64,000 bases of DNA from Lama guanicoe. Taxonomy: Eukaryota. The translations under genes and the position numbers were made by a program. Location: assembly GCA_013239625.1 (NCBI GenBank), contig MU053873.1, positions 1,998,524 through 2,062,523 of the forward strand, given 5' to 3'. A model generated the notes under the pieces. It saw only the letters and a list, made by a program, of their open reading frames with translations. It was not told where the DNA came from and searched no databases. Below are positions 1 through 11,075 of the stretch, in pieces (within the stretch, counting starts at the first letter, position 1; each line of letters starts with the position of its first letter).

Positions 1-1
1 T

Positions 2-34
2 CACACACACACACACACAGAGACGCACACACAC
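2..34. repeat. (CA)n microsatellite
   Basis: cacacacacacacacacagagacgcacacaca at window start. Confidence 0.9.
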
Positions 35-1354
35 TCGCTCCCTCCGAGGCCCACTCACAGGAGCTCAGCCACACAGAGCCCACACAATACCCATTCTGCA
101 AATATTAACACCTACTGCATGTCTGCATGGGGGTAACAGAGTAATCCAGACCCAGAGAGGTCCTTGCCCTCAGAGAATGTACCCCGAACCCGACACAGTC
201 ACATACACACAGCCTCACCTTCCACGCCCCACACATGCGGGGGGACCTGTCTCCTCCCTGAGTCTCCACACCCCATGCCCCACCTCCCTGGTTCCAAAGC
301 TTCCACCCCTGCGTCGTGGGGTGACGGGGGCTGGGTGGGGGTGCAGACAGCATCCATGGGGGCAAACATGCCAGAGCAGAGCTCCTGCCCCTCCGCTGGC
401 CTCCTCAGGACGCACAGATCAGATCCTGTGACTGCCGCTGGTCCCCTCCCCACTCCCCTGTGCCGCCCGCCAGTCTGACCAACCTTTGTGATGGGGAAGG
501 GAGAAGGGGAGGCCCCGGGAGAAGGTTCTTCAAAGGAAGCTGGGGCCGCCTCTGCCTGGCTGCATTCAGAGCCTCTGGAGTATTTCCCCTGGGGGCACCG
601 GCCTGGGCAGAATAGGGGCCAGAGGGGCATCCAGGTGGTTCTGAGGGATGAAAGAAGCTCTGGTGGGGGCTGGGGCACTTGGACCCCAGCAGGTCAGTAT
701 TTCCTGAATATTTCTGCCTCTTTTGGGGGACCAAACACCAAAGCCCAGCCTCCAGGCTCATCCGGGGTCCGTCAGGAGCACAGACCTCTCCCTCCATCCG
801 CTGGCCAGCCCTGGGTCGGGGTGGGGGCAGAGGGCTCTGGAGACCGCCATCTGCGGGGCTGTCTTGGCTGCCTTGCCTCCCCGGGGGCCACCAGGGGCTG
901 GGATCGATGCTGGGCCCAGCTGCCCTGCACTGCCCCATTATGCGGCCAGCCTGGCCTGGCTCTAATGGGTTACACTGGGGCGTCTGCGTGGGCCCAGGTG
1001 GCAGGGCTTGGGCAGCCTCTGGCTCCCTCAAGGCACAGCCCTGCTGGGGACAGGGGAGTGGGAAAGAAAGAAGGCACGGGGCAGGGGCGTCTGTGAGCCC
1101 CAATTAAGCCAGGAGCGGCGCAGCCCAGGCTGCCCCTAATTTGGTTTGGGATAATGAGCTGGGGAAATTGGCTCTCGTCTGACTGGAGTATAAGCCCCAT
1201 CTGGGCTGGGCCCTGGGACTAACCTCTTCAATCCCTGCCCGGTGGGTGGGTGGAGGGCTGGTGGTGGAGCAGGCTCCTTGGTGGGCACAGCTCTCTACAG
1301 TGTACACTTTCTCTTCGTGTTATCAAGGTCATCTGTTTTGCATGTGTGCAGGGA

Positions 1355-1450
1355 GTCACTGTTACATCCCCACTTTTCAGATGGACAAACTGAGGCCCAG
1401 AGAGGGACCATGAAGGCGTCCCTGGATGGCTCTAAGATTTAGACCCAAAG
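1355..1450 (-). mobile_element. MIR SINE fragment
   Basis: cccacttttcagatggacaaactgaggcccagagagg = reverse complement of MIR core. Confidence 0.8.
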
Positions 1451-1497
1451 ATTCTCATACAGTGCTTCTTTTCTCCCTGAGATATTTTTTGGCTTTG

Positions 1498-1655
1498 AGG
1501 GTTGCCAGAGGTAGTGAATAAAAACACACAGGCTGCCCAGGTGAATTTGAATTTCAGAGAAACCACAGAGAAAAATGTAGTCTAAGTGTATCCCATGCAA
1601 TATTGAGGATGTACTTAAACTAAAAAAATAATTGTTTTGTATTTTATCTGATCAC
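1498..1655. mobile_element. MER53-like palindromic hAT MITE with internal deletion
   Basis: gggttgccaga...aataaaaac..gcccaggtgaatttgaatttcaga...tcccatgcaatattgaggatgtactta matches recalled MER53 consensus. Confidence 0.75.
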
Positions 1656-1675
1656 ACTCCCATTCTTAGGGGACT

Positions 1676-2350
1676 TGTGGAGTCTGGGAGTAGTGGAACA
1701 AACCTTGGAGCCAGTCAGACTTGGGTTCACACTGGGTTTTGGCACTTTCTTTTCGTGGCTGTGGTAGACAGAATAATGCTCCCCGCCACCCCCACCTTCC
1801 CAAGATGTCCACGCCCTCGTCACTGGAAACTGTGATATGTTAGTTTACGTGGCAAAAGAGACTGTGAAGTTAAGGATCTTGAGACAGGGAGATTATCCTT
1901 GATTGTCTGGGTGGGTCCAGTGTCAGCCCCGGGGTCCTTCCTTGTGAGAAGAAGGGTCAGTCAGAGAAGGAGGTATTATGAGAGCAGCAAAAGTTCAGAG
2001 TGATGAGCTCTGGTGATGTAGGAAGGAGCCCCAAGCCAAGGGAGGCAGGTGACCTCTAGAAGCTGGACAAGGTGAGGAAACCAGTTCTTTCCAAGAATGT
2101 CCAGAAGGAATGCAGCCCCACCAACAGACACCTTGATTTTAGCACCATAAAACTTACTTTGGAATTCTGACCTCTAGAACTGCAAAGTAATAAATTTTTT
2201 TTTTCAGCCTAAATTTGTGGTGATTTGTTATGGCAGCAACAAGAAGCTTAATATACGGGCTTTGGGTGAGTTGCTTAAGATCTCTGGGCCTCTGTTTTCT
2301 CATCTGTGGAATGGGGATAGTCCTCCTTTCCACGCGGGGCTGATGCGAGC
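1676..2350 (+). mobile_element. MIR split by an MLT1D LTR (MIR parts ~1676-1759 and ~2256-2350)
   Basis: 5' part ttggagccagtcagacttgggttc; 3' part tttgggtgagttgcttaagatctctgggcctctgttttctcatctgtggaatgggga. Confidence 0.7.
1760..2255 (+). mobile_element. MLT1D-like ERVL-MaLR solo LTR
   Basis: Starts tgtggtagacagaataatg..ccaagatgtccac; contains gttaaggatcttgagacagggagattatcc; ends taataaattt..tttgtggtgatttgttatggcagcaac..taatata. Confidence 0.85.
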
Positions 2351-2719
2351 TTTATCCAGGGTGGAGCGGCCAGATGTCTCTCTTGGCTGTGGTTATTGCC
2401 AAACCTCAGTGGATTCTGAGCGCGCGGCTGCAGCCTCTTCCCCCAGCACCTTGTGTAGACCAGCTGGAAGCATCTTCAGATGTTGGGAAGGAAAAAAGCG
2501 GCAGATGCTGGGGGACGAGCTGGGCCTTGACTCAGAGCACCTCCAAGGAGGATGGGTACTGGGATCTTGAGGGACCCCTGACTCTGCCATTTCTCAGTTG
2601 TGTGACCCTGAGTGACTGAGTACCAGAGCCCTTTGGAGGATGGAATGAAATACAATCACAGGCTGGTAGACAGGAAGCACCCACTAGGCCATGAGCAAGT
2701 GTTACTTCTCATTGACGCT

Positions 2720-2830
2720 GGCTGTTCCCATTTCACAGATGAGGAAATTGAGGTCCAAGAGGACTTGCTGCAGGTCGCACGATATGTGGTCACCAGGCCC
2801 TGGACTGGGCCCTGGCCCTCCGGATGCAGC
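2720..2830 (-). mobile_element. MIR SINE fragment
   Basis: cccatttcacagatgaggaaattgaggtccaagaggacttg. Confidence 0.8.
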
Positions 2831-3454
2831 CCTGCCTGTTCTTGTAGACCCGATACTCCCCTTTGCTGTTGGTTGGGGGCTCAGAGGGTATTTGAAACCT
2901 CTGGGTGCAAGGTTGTCAGGAACAAAAAGAAAAAGCAGCTCCTCCGTTAGACTGAACGGCACAGCTCTGACGTGTCCCTAAGACCTGGGCGTGGGCATCT
3001 GGGTGACTGTGGACCCTGCCAAGGGGTCCTGGGGTGGCGGGCTCGCCTTCTGATGCAGGGCAGCTATGCTCATTTCATGCCCAGCTTTCCTCTTTGAGAG
3101 CAGCTTTAGAGCCAGAAAACCAGCCAGACGCCCTCCAGCCCTCCCAGGCCAGCCTCTCTCTCCCTCCTCTGATGGATTTGATTAGAGGCCTCCCAGCTTC
3201 TCAGGGAAACAGATCCCAGAGGCCTTTCTGTCATCTCCAGAACACCCACAGTACACCTGTGGCAGGTGTTATCCTGGCTCCCAGGTGGAAAAACTAAGGC
3301 TAGGAGCTGGGGAGGGACTTGCCGGGGCTACTCAGCTAGAAGGTGTTGGGGAGACAACGGGACCCGGGACTTCTGGGGGGGGCCCCAAACCCCCTGCTCC
3401 CTCCTCACCAGGAAGGAAGAATGATCTAGTGATTGCAGGTGGGGCCTCTGACAC

Positions 3455-3630
3455 CACATTGCTCACGTGGGTTCAAATCTCATTCCTGTTTGTCCACGCT
3501 GTGTGACTTCAGGCGAGTGACCCAATCTCTCTGAGCCTTAGTTTTGTCAGCCTCAAAATGGCAATTGTAGGACTGACAGGGGAATTAAATAAGCTAACGG
3601 AAGTGAAGGGCTTGGAAGGGGGCCTGACCA
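3455..3630 (+). mobile_element. MIR SINE
   Basis: gggttcaaatc...gctgtgtgacttcaggcgagtgacccaatctctctgagccttagttt. Confidence 0.8.
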
Positions 3631-3664
3631 AAGGAAACTCCCTGAAGGCACTGACATCCTTATG

Positions 3665-4246
3665 CAAGTAGATGCTGGAGATACCGCGCGTTTGGTTCCT
3701 AGACGATCATTATAAAGCAAATAACGCAACAAAGCGAGTCACATGAATTTTGGGGGTTTCCCAGTGCATGTCGAAGTTGCATTTACACTATACCATCATC
3801 TATTAAACGTGTAATAGCATTTTGTCTAAGGAAACAATGTACACACCTTAATTTTAAAAAACATTTTATTGCTAAAAAATGCTAACTATCGTGAGTGAGC
3901 CTTCAGCGAGGTGTAATCCTTTTTGCAACAGTCACGTCAGAGATCACCAATCACATAACAAATATAGCGATAATGAAGAAGTCTGAAATATTGCGAGAAT
4001 TACCAAAACGTGACACAGAGACACAACATGAGCAAAGACCGTTGGAGAAACCATGCCGACAGACTCAATCGGCGCAGGGTTGCCTGGGGCCTTCAATTTG
4101 GTAAGACAAAAAACAAAAACCCCCACAGTATCTGTGAAACACAATTTAAAAAAAAAAGGAGGTCCAGAAATTGACACAATACTGTAAACAGTCTATACGT
4201 TAATTAAAAAAAAAGTTAGAAAAAAACCAAAACCGTGGTCTGCCTG
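3665..4246 (-). mobile_element. Tigger1 internal-deletion derivative (Tigger1a_Art-like, TcMar)
   Basis: Both Tigger1 termini present (caagtagatgctggagataccgcg... and ...aaaccgtggtctgcctg followed by TA); internal gaaatattgcgagaattaccaaaacgtgacacagagacac matches Tigger1; transposase region absent. Confidence 0.85.
4163..4215 (+). mobile_element. Very short 5'-truncated L1 3' end inserted in the Tigger element
   Basis: ccagaaattgacacaatactgtaaacagtctatacgttaattaaaaaaaaa resembles laurasiatherian L1 3' terminus plus A tail; reverse-complement counterpart at ~29680-29730. Confidence 0.7.
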
Positions 4247-5193
4247 TATTTCACGACAAGGGACTTGCTGCTAGTGAGACCAGCGTGGGTGTTAAAATGC
4301 CACATTGGACGGGGCAGTAAGCCACATCAAGCCCTGGTAAGAACTGCGTTCCCTTTAAAAACTCCTGCTCGGTCCTGAGTTTCACGGAGGCTGGCATCCG
4401 AGCCTGTGCTGCTGCAGCTTTCACACCTCCCCGACGCCCGCTCATCTTCCTCTCCAATCCAGAAGGACCAGGCTGCCGTCCAGAGGTAAGGCGGGCAGAG
4501 GCAGCTGGCTGGAATTTAGTAACATGTTGCCACTGGGCTCAGTTTTATGGTGACTTTTATTTTGTGACAACTGATACTGATTTCCCATTTCTGAGGCTCC
4601 TACCAAATGTGCTCTCAACACAAATCGACTTGAAAAAAAATGTGCCTGCGGTGGGTGGTCCTATGGGCCTGCAACCCTCGTGCTACAGGTCAGCAGGTTG
4701 GAGAGAGAATTGTCAAAGACAGTTCAAACATTGGGCAGAAAAATCTCTTTTCATATGATTTCTGTCTTTCTGAGACTTGGTAGCCCTGAATATACAGGAC
4801 GTGAAGGATCAACCTCTGAGCTGACAGTATTTTTGAGAGCGCGGTGCTGTGTTCCAGAAACACTCAAAGTGACTCTGAATCTCCAAATGCGTTTATGAGA
4901 AGAAAACTGTCCCTGTAGCAGTGACGGCGTTTCCTCACCCTTCACTTCTCTCCCCTTCTCCTGCCTCTTAGAAAATGGCCTTTTAACACATGGCTTCAAC
5001 GTCTTGGGAACTATATCATACTTTTATTTCTTAAGACAAAGAAACTCCTTAACTTGCTCCTCTAGTCTAAATAAACCCAGTCCCACAGTGCTTGTGAAAG
5101 TCCACATTGATACAGATTACTTTAGAAGTAGACACCCAAAGCCTTGTGTATAAGTACGTATTTATTTATCTCTCTGCCCTGCCATTCCACTTT

Positions 5194-5779
5194 TGTTGCC
5201 GAAAAATGTGTTACAGCTCTATGTTACAGCTCAGTGTGACAGCAACCTGGAACCAAGCGAGAGACCAAGCAGCACTCGCAGAGTTGGAGAACTCCAGTTT
5301 ATTACACCAACATGCCCAGAAGAGTTAACACTTCAAACTCCGGACCCCGTCTGTAGGTTTACACAGGCCTTTTATAGGCTGCCAGTTTTATACTTTGCAA
5401 CATCATATGCAAATGAAGTACAACAGAAGTTGACCAACCAGGAACAAGCTTTGTAGAAATAGACCAAAGTACAACAGAAGTTGACCAACCAGGAACAAGC
5501 TTTGTAGAAATAGACCAATCAGGAGTGAGGCTCCATGCAAATGAAGTACTACAAATGGACCAATCAGAAGCTAGGGAAGTGGGCCAATCAGGAGTGAGAG
5601 TAATAACCAATCAGAAGTGAGCTCAGGGAACCAATAGAATTCTAGGTGTAAGTTAGCCGCTTTAGAGGCGAAAAGCGAGATAAAGCCTCTGGGCCAGCGA
5701 ACAGGACTGTGCTGGGCCAGGGAGGAGAGCAGCGGCCCTGCCTAGGGGTCCTGACGGTCTTATGGGGCTTCCCGCCTCA
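5194..5779 (-). mobile_element. ERV1-class solo LTR (586 bp)
   Basis: TG...CA termini; 4-bp TSD CTTT (5190-5193, 5780-5783); minus-strand TATAAAA (5370-5376) and AATAAA (5298-5303); CCAAT and octamer repeats in U3. Confidence 0.9.
5416..5517. repeat. Perfect 2 x 51-bp tandem duplication inside LTR U3
   Basis: aagtacaacagaagttgaccaaccaggaacaagctttgtagaaatagacca at 5416-5466 and 5467-5517. Confidence 0.95.
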
Positions 5780-5829
5780 CTTTTAGGGCTCCATCTTTAA
5801 GAGTGATCACGATGTCTCAGAAAGATTTA

Positions 5830-5960
5830 GCTATAAAAGGATGTTCATCTCAGCAAACATTGAGAAAAAGCAACCTAGCTGCCCAACCATAGGGGATTGG
5901 TTAAATGAATAACGCTGCATCACCCCCACCCCGATGGAATATCACATGACCATTCCTGTT
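5830..5960 (+). mobile_element. Ancient L1M (L1ME-like) fragment
   Basis: aaggatgttcatc..gcaacctagctgcccaaccataggggattggttaaatgaa..atggaatatc. Confidence 0.65.
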
Positions 5961-6024
5961 TATAAACAGTCTGTAGCAGAAGTATGTCAGTTTCATGGGC
6001 GAAAGATCATCCATTTGTTTTTAT

Positions 6025-6105
6025 TTAAACTGTGATATTTCCAGTATCTAGACAGTGGCTGGCATACTGTAGGTGCTTAATAATTTGTTGGAGGATGAGT
6101 GAAAG
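6025..6105 (+). mobile_element. L2 3' end
   Basis: tttccagtatctagacagtggctggcatactgtaggtgcttaataatttgttgga. Confidence 0.7.
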
Positions 6106-7964
6106 CATGAATCCTGCAAAACATGGAAAGATCATCTTACCATTCTCAAATGATCCATGTTATCCCATTTTGTGTAACTATGCTGCATAATGTGTACATG
6201 GAGAAAAAGCTTAATGGTAATAAAATGATAAGCTTGGGGATTTCCAGACTTGCTGATATGAGGTGATTTTTCCCGCATGACTTTACAGTTACAGGTATTT
6301 TCTAAAATTTATTCAATAAACATATCGCATCTCATACAAGAATAACAACACACGTTATTTCTTGGCGGAACTGTGAAATCACACGGGGCCGGGGACCAGG
6401 CGGCACTCCGGCCCTTTTGATGAAGGGTCTCTACTGCATAGATTCAAAGTTCTCCAATTCGAAGAGCTCACATCTTCCCAAACTCTGAGATCACAGCTCC
6501 TTGAGAACATGTGGTTTCAAGCCCCAGGTGCCCGGGGTTCGTGCCGTCCGGTTCTGGCTTTATGCTTTGACCGTCAATTCAAAGCTCCATGACTAAGATG
6601 TCAAATCTGGAATTTTAATCCATGACAAGGCAGGAGATTTTTCTCATGTTTCTCTGTGGAAATTCTGGACTGTGAGTATCAGGGAGCCTGGCCACCTCTA
6701 TCTGGATGGATCATTCAGGTTCCTCCAGGACCCACAGGAGATGCCCCGGGGGTGGGGTGGGGTTAGACCTGATAATGGCCGACAGCGCTTTGTAAACAAA
6801 TAAGTAGTTACAGGATTTTCAGACATCAGGGTGTAAAGGGGAGGGGAGGTGGGAAGGTTTTGTGGCTAGGGGAGCTGAGGTGGAGACAAATCCTTGTTAC
6901 TGCTTCTTTACTCTTCTCTTTCTGTACATTTGGCTCCTGTCTTGGGATTTGAATATACTAAGGTAAAAATCGCAGTGGTGTCTTGTCAAACTCAGGTTTA
7001 ACTGCATGTGAGTCCCATCACAAGTGTCTTGGTAGGAGATCCTCGAGGGCCATTTGGACAATTCAGGCCAAAGTTTGAAATCAGCCCCTGTTTCTAATGG
7101 GACGGGGCCCCGGAAACCTCCCAGGCCTTCCACACCCCCACTGTGGCTTTGTGACATGTCTCTGGGCCAACCCTCAGTGAGGCTGTGGGTCCTTGGCTGC
7201 AGGGGCACAGAGGGTGACATCATTTATTAAGTGCAACCATTTGAGAGGCCCAGGCGCCCTGGAGGAGCATGATTTGGGGTTGGGGATGTACTCAAGGAAG
7301 CCTGTAGCTCACCTTTGTGCATGCAGCCAGGCCCAAGGATGCCAGGCTGCGCTCAGGAAGACCCTTGGATAGATGTGCCCACGTAGCCGCAGCCTGCAGG
7401 CAGGACATCTGATTCCTCAGTGGGCATCCCCCTGCGGTTCCAGGAATCCTGGGCCCATCCACTGGGTCCTGGGCTCAGGAAATGTGCTCGGGGTGACAGC
7501 CACCTTCCCAGCCAGGGTGCAAGTGGCTGCCTTTGACCCTTCCCTCCCAGCGCTGGGCTCCCTTCTGACCCCCGGGGATGGGGAGGGAGGCAGCCCCCCA
7601 GCTTGCTTGTCACGGGTCCGCAGTGCAGGATCCTATATCCTTGGGGTGATGCCTGTGGGAGGGAGGAAAGCAGATACTGGTTTCTCTTCAGGAACCAGGA
7701 ATCTCATCCTTGATGCACTGAGACGCCAGCTGTGACTCCACTGCATTTCCTTCCCTGCTCTCCCTTCTCCTTCATTCTGCCTGGCTTGGTGTGGATTTGA
7801 GGTTATTCTTCGTTTTTCTGTTTAGCTGTGACACTGTTGGTTCAGAGGCCCCAGAGGTCAGACAAGAGGGGCTGCCCTGTCTGAGGAGGGGAGGGGCCTG
7901 GAGACCTGTTTTGCTTCCTCTCATCAGACCCCCCAGGGCCGCTGGTGGGGCTCCACAGAACCCC

Positions 7965-8190
7965 AGGGTCTGAGTGCCAGCTCTGTCCCAGCCTTGCTGT
8001 GTCGACTGGTTCCTTTCATCTCTGAGCCTCGGTTTCCCCATCATTACAGAATCTCCATGCTCAGAGGAGCCAAGTTGAAAACTAAGCCCCTCATCTGACA
8101 GTGAGGAAAACGGAGGCCCAGAGAGGGAGCTCCACTTAGCCCAGGGCACACAGCTTTGTCCTGAGGCAGAAAACAGCCCCAAATCTAGGG
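7965..8190. mobile_element. Two opposed MIR fragments (+ ~7965-8045, - ~8085-8190)
   Basis: tctctgagcctcggtttcccca and catctgacagtgaggaaaacggaggcccagagagg. Confidence 0.65.
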
Positions 8191-8559
8191 GAGTCCACAT
8201 CTTGTTCCAGGAGGGTGCCCTCCACATTGCCATCACCCAGCGGGATGGGGAAGGCCAGCCCTGCTCCCCTGAAGACCCGAGGCCGCCTTTCCCATTTGCA
8301 AAGAGGGCCCTCTCAGGCTATTTATTTTATTTCTGTAAAAGTGAGAAGCAGCTCTCCAGGGCCTTGCTGATGGCCTGTCTAGCCGGAATGCCTTCCCAAC
8401 TATTTCAGGATTGAGACAGTAAATTCCTGCTCTGGGGTGTAATGGTGTAAACACCAGTCTCTAAAACAGGAGTAAAGCACTCAGCATCACGCCAGGCACG
8501 GAGTCGCTGCCATAATTTCTGTGATGATCACTATTATGATCATGAAGTGTAGTTGGATA

Positions 8560-8900
8560 GGACACACTCACTGCCCCCAGGAAATTCATGGAGGAACTGG
8601 GGAGAGAGGGGGACGGGATTAGCAGTCTGAGTGATGAGTGCCTGGGGTAAAGGAGGGGGTGGACCAGGTGAAGAAGTGGGGAGGTGAGGAAGGGTGTTCC
8701 TGGCAGAGGGAATGGCACAGGCAAAGGCCTGGCAGGAAAGCAGATCGCTGCTCATTCAGGGACAGAAGGAGATTCAACAAGGCAGTGGGGGTCAAGGCAA
8801 GAGGTGAGACTGGGCAACCTCAGAGACCCCATGAGCCATGGTAAGGGGTGTATGCTTTCCCGAAGGTCTGCATTTTAAGCACCCAAAGGACAATTGCTAG
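8560..8900 (-). mobile_element. L2 fragment
   Basis: gaagggtgttcctggcagagggaatggcacaggcaaaggcctgg. Confidence 0.7.
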
Positions 8901-9554
8901 TGGCTGGTTTGCTGGCTTTGATGAGTGACACAGGACTGCTCTTTGGGAATGCTGGGGCTGGATCGAGGGCCAGTGACACACCGTGTGACCCAGCACGGCC
9001 TTCCAGCGTCTCTGTGTTAGGGCTGCAGGAAGCCAAGGGGAGAGGCTGAAAAATCAGGTCAAGCAACGCAGTCACTGTTAAGCGGAGAGCAGAGCATGGC
9101 TCCTCCTCAGTCACGACTCCACCATTAACGTGCCAGTTAAGGCGCTGTAATCGGCAGCAGCTGGGGAGGGGACTGGCTGACTCCACGGATGGTCGGGAAC
9201 TGGGGACCCAGCTCAGGGAAGTGGTGGCAGTGGGGTTCCCAAGCATGGCAGCCAGGGTGGGTGAGAGGGCAGGAATCAGCCCCGGGAGTTCTGCCCTGCT
9301 GGGGTCTAGAGAGGGAGGCCGGCAACCCAAAGGGGCAGAGACCTGGCCCAGGGAAGCTGAATAGAGTCCTCGGGGTGGAGGTCCAGGGCCGTTAGTGACC
9401 AGAACCACACGTGCTAAATGAATGAATGAATGGTGAGCCTCACAGAAGACTCACTCTCTCAAACCTGGACAAAGACAGCCCTCACCGCCTAAAGAGAGGA
9501 GACCAACCCCCTCATTTGAGCCCCAGGACACATACAGGAGAGCTGAAAATTCCT

Positions 9555-9700
9555 TCAAAGGTCATCCAACTCATCCTTTTCAACCCCATTTAGCAGATGA
9601 GGAAACTGAGGCCCCACGCAACAAAGGAACTGTCCCAAAGCCATGTGGCAATTCAGTGGCCGCGCAGGGGAACCTGGCTTACAGATCTGGGCTGTCACCT
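9555..9700 (-). mobile_element. MIR SINE fragment
   Basis: ccccatttagcagatgaggaaactgaggccc. Confidence 0.8.
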
Positions 9701-9734
9701 CTTGTCCTGGAGACCTGGCGGGTCGGGCGGCCCC

Positions 9735-10050
9735 CGAGGCATTCCGACAGCAGTGAGCCGTGTTGTATTTCTGTCACGTTACATAATGGCGGGCAGGTAA
9801 TAACCACTCAGTCTCCGCCGTCTCTGCGCATAATAGGTAGGAAAATGAATTCAAATGTCACTCGCGACAATAAAAGAAAGTATTCTTCGAGCTCGCGGCG
9901 CTCCGCAGGGCTGAGGCGAGGGCGAAGTGCATTCTCCATGAATCACCTGGTAAAGCAGCAGCGAGGGGATCTCAATTATTCCCTGGCAACGTCAGCCCGA
10001 TGCAGTGTAATCACCGAGGTGATTTTTGTTAAGTGAAGCCGATGAATACG
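9735..10050. promoter_or_regulatory. Candidate enhancer / conserved non-coding element
   Basis: Unique CpG-retaining block; PAR-bZIP site GTTACATAAT 9778-9787; palindrome AATCACC-GA-GGTGATT 10009-10024. Confidence 0.5.
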
Positions 10051-10252
10051 TGTGTGCGCATGCGCACGCATGCAAAGACGCGCGGGACCAGGCGCGTGCA
10101 CGCGGGCGCCTGGGGCACATACGCTTGAGTCTGTGTGTGTGTGTGTGCACGTGGGCCCGGGAGGGAGCGAGAGTGGGCTTGTGCAAGTGTGCACGCATGT
10201 GCAGGTGATGCGTGTGACACTCACAGATGTGGTCATGTCGTGTGATATGTGC
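10047..10252. repeat. Alternating purine-pyrimidine (TG/CG/CA) tract
   Basis: tacgtgtgtgcgcatgcgcacgcatgca...(tg)n; includes TGCGCATGCGCA. Confidence 0.8.
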
Positions 10253-10429
10253 ACCCCTTGGACAGTCAGCCCCAGGAGGTCAGGATTCCTTCTGAATACC
10301 CTTCACTGACAGGTTTCCCGGGTGTCCAGCCTGGGGTCTAGCACACAGTAAGTGCTTTCTAAATATCTGTCAAGTGCAGGAACAAATCACCCAGCTCCAT
10401 GCCTCCTTCCTCCGGTATAACCATCATAC

Positions 10430-11075
10430 CTGACAGCTTTTCTGCACCCCAGTCAAATTCACCCTCATCTGGACCTCCCCTCCTCCATTGTGACCCCTCC
10501 ATGGTCCAAACAGTGGCCAGGCGGAGGTCTGCTTAAAACTCAAATTGGAGTAAGTCATTCTCCTGATTAAAAACAAGCTAAACAAAATAAAAACATTCCA
10601 GTGTCTCCCCACTGTACCCAGAATAAAACCTCAGATCCTCCCCAGAACCATCAAGGTCCTTAGTGGGCGAGGGCCTGCCTACCTCATCTCCCAGCACCCC
10701 ACCACCTTCCTCCTTCAATTCCTCCAAGGGAGCTCGTTTTTCTGCCTCAGGGCCTTTGCATCTGCTGTCCCCTCCGCTCTCAACATAGTCTGCCCCTTCT
10801 CTCCCCTTGAGTCCTGCTTACATAGGCCACTTCCCCTGGGAAGCCTTTCCTGGTCCATCTCTGCACCACCCCTACCCTACCCCATCCTTAGATTTTCTCT
10901 AGAACAACTTTGGGTCCCCAGGACGTTCGTCATCATCATGAGGATCTCATGTATTGGTTTAAGACTGTGAGATCCGGAGGGCAGGGCCACATCTGCTTGC
11001 ACAGAGTATGACAAGCAGCCTGTCCAGCACTGGGCGTGTGGCAGGTACCTATGCGATGTCAGCTGACGGCTGGTG
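10430..11075 (+). mobile_element. L2 fragment(s) to 3' end
   Basis: gcctcagggcctttgcatctgctgtcccctc..gggaagcctttcc..agactgtgagatccggagggcaggg. Confidence 0.7.

Noticed and set aside
105..1107. Cluster of overlapping 100-230 aa ORFs on both strands
   Set aside because: P/G/A/R-rich translations in several frames, typical of stop-poor GC-rich non-coding DNA; no homology recognised
3895..4104. ORF inside the Tigger element as a transposase
   Set aside because: Lies in terminal non-coding sequence; the transposase region is deleted
5416..5640. Direct repeats resembling a CRISPR array or iterons
   Set aside because: No unique spacers, no cas genes, mammalian context; these are LTR U3 enhancer repeats
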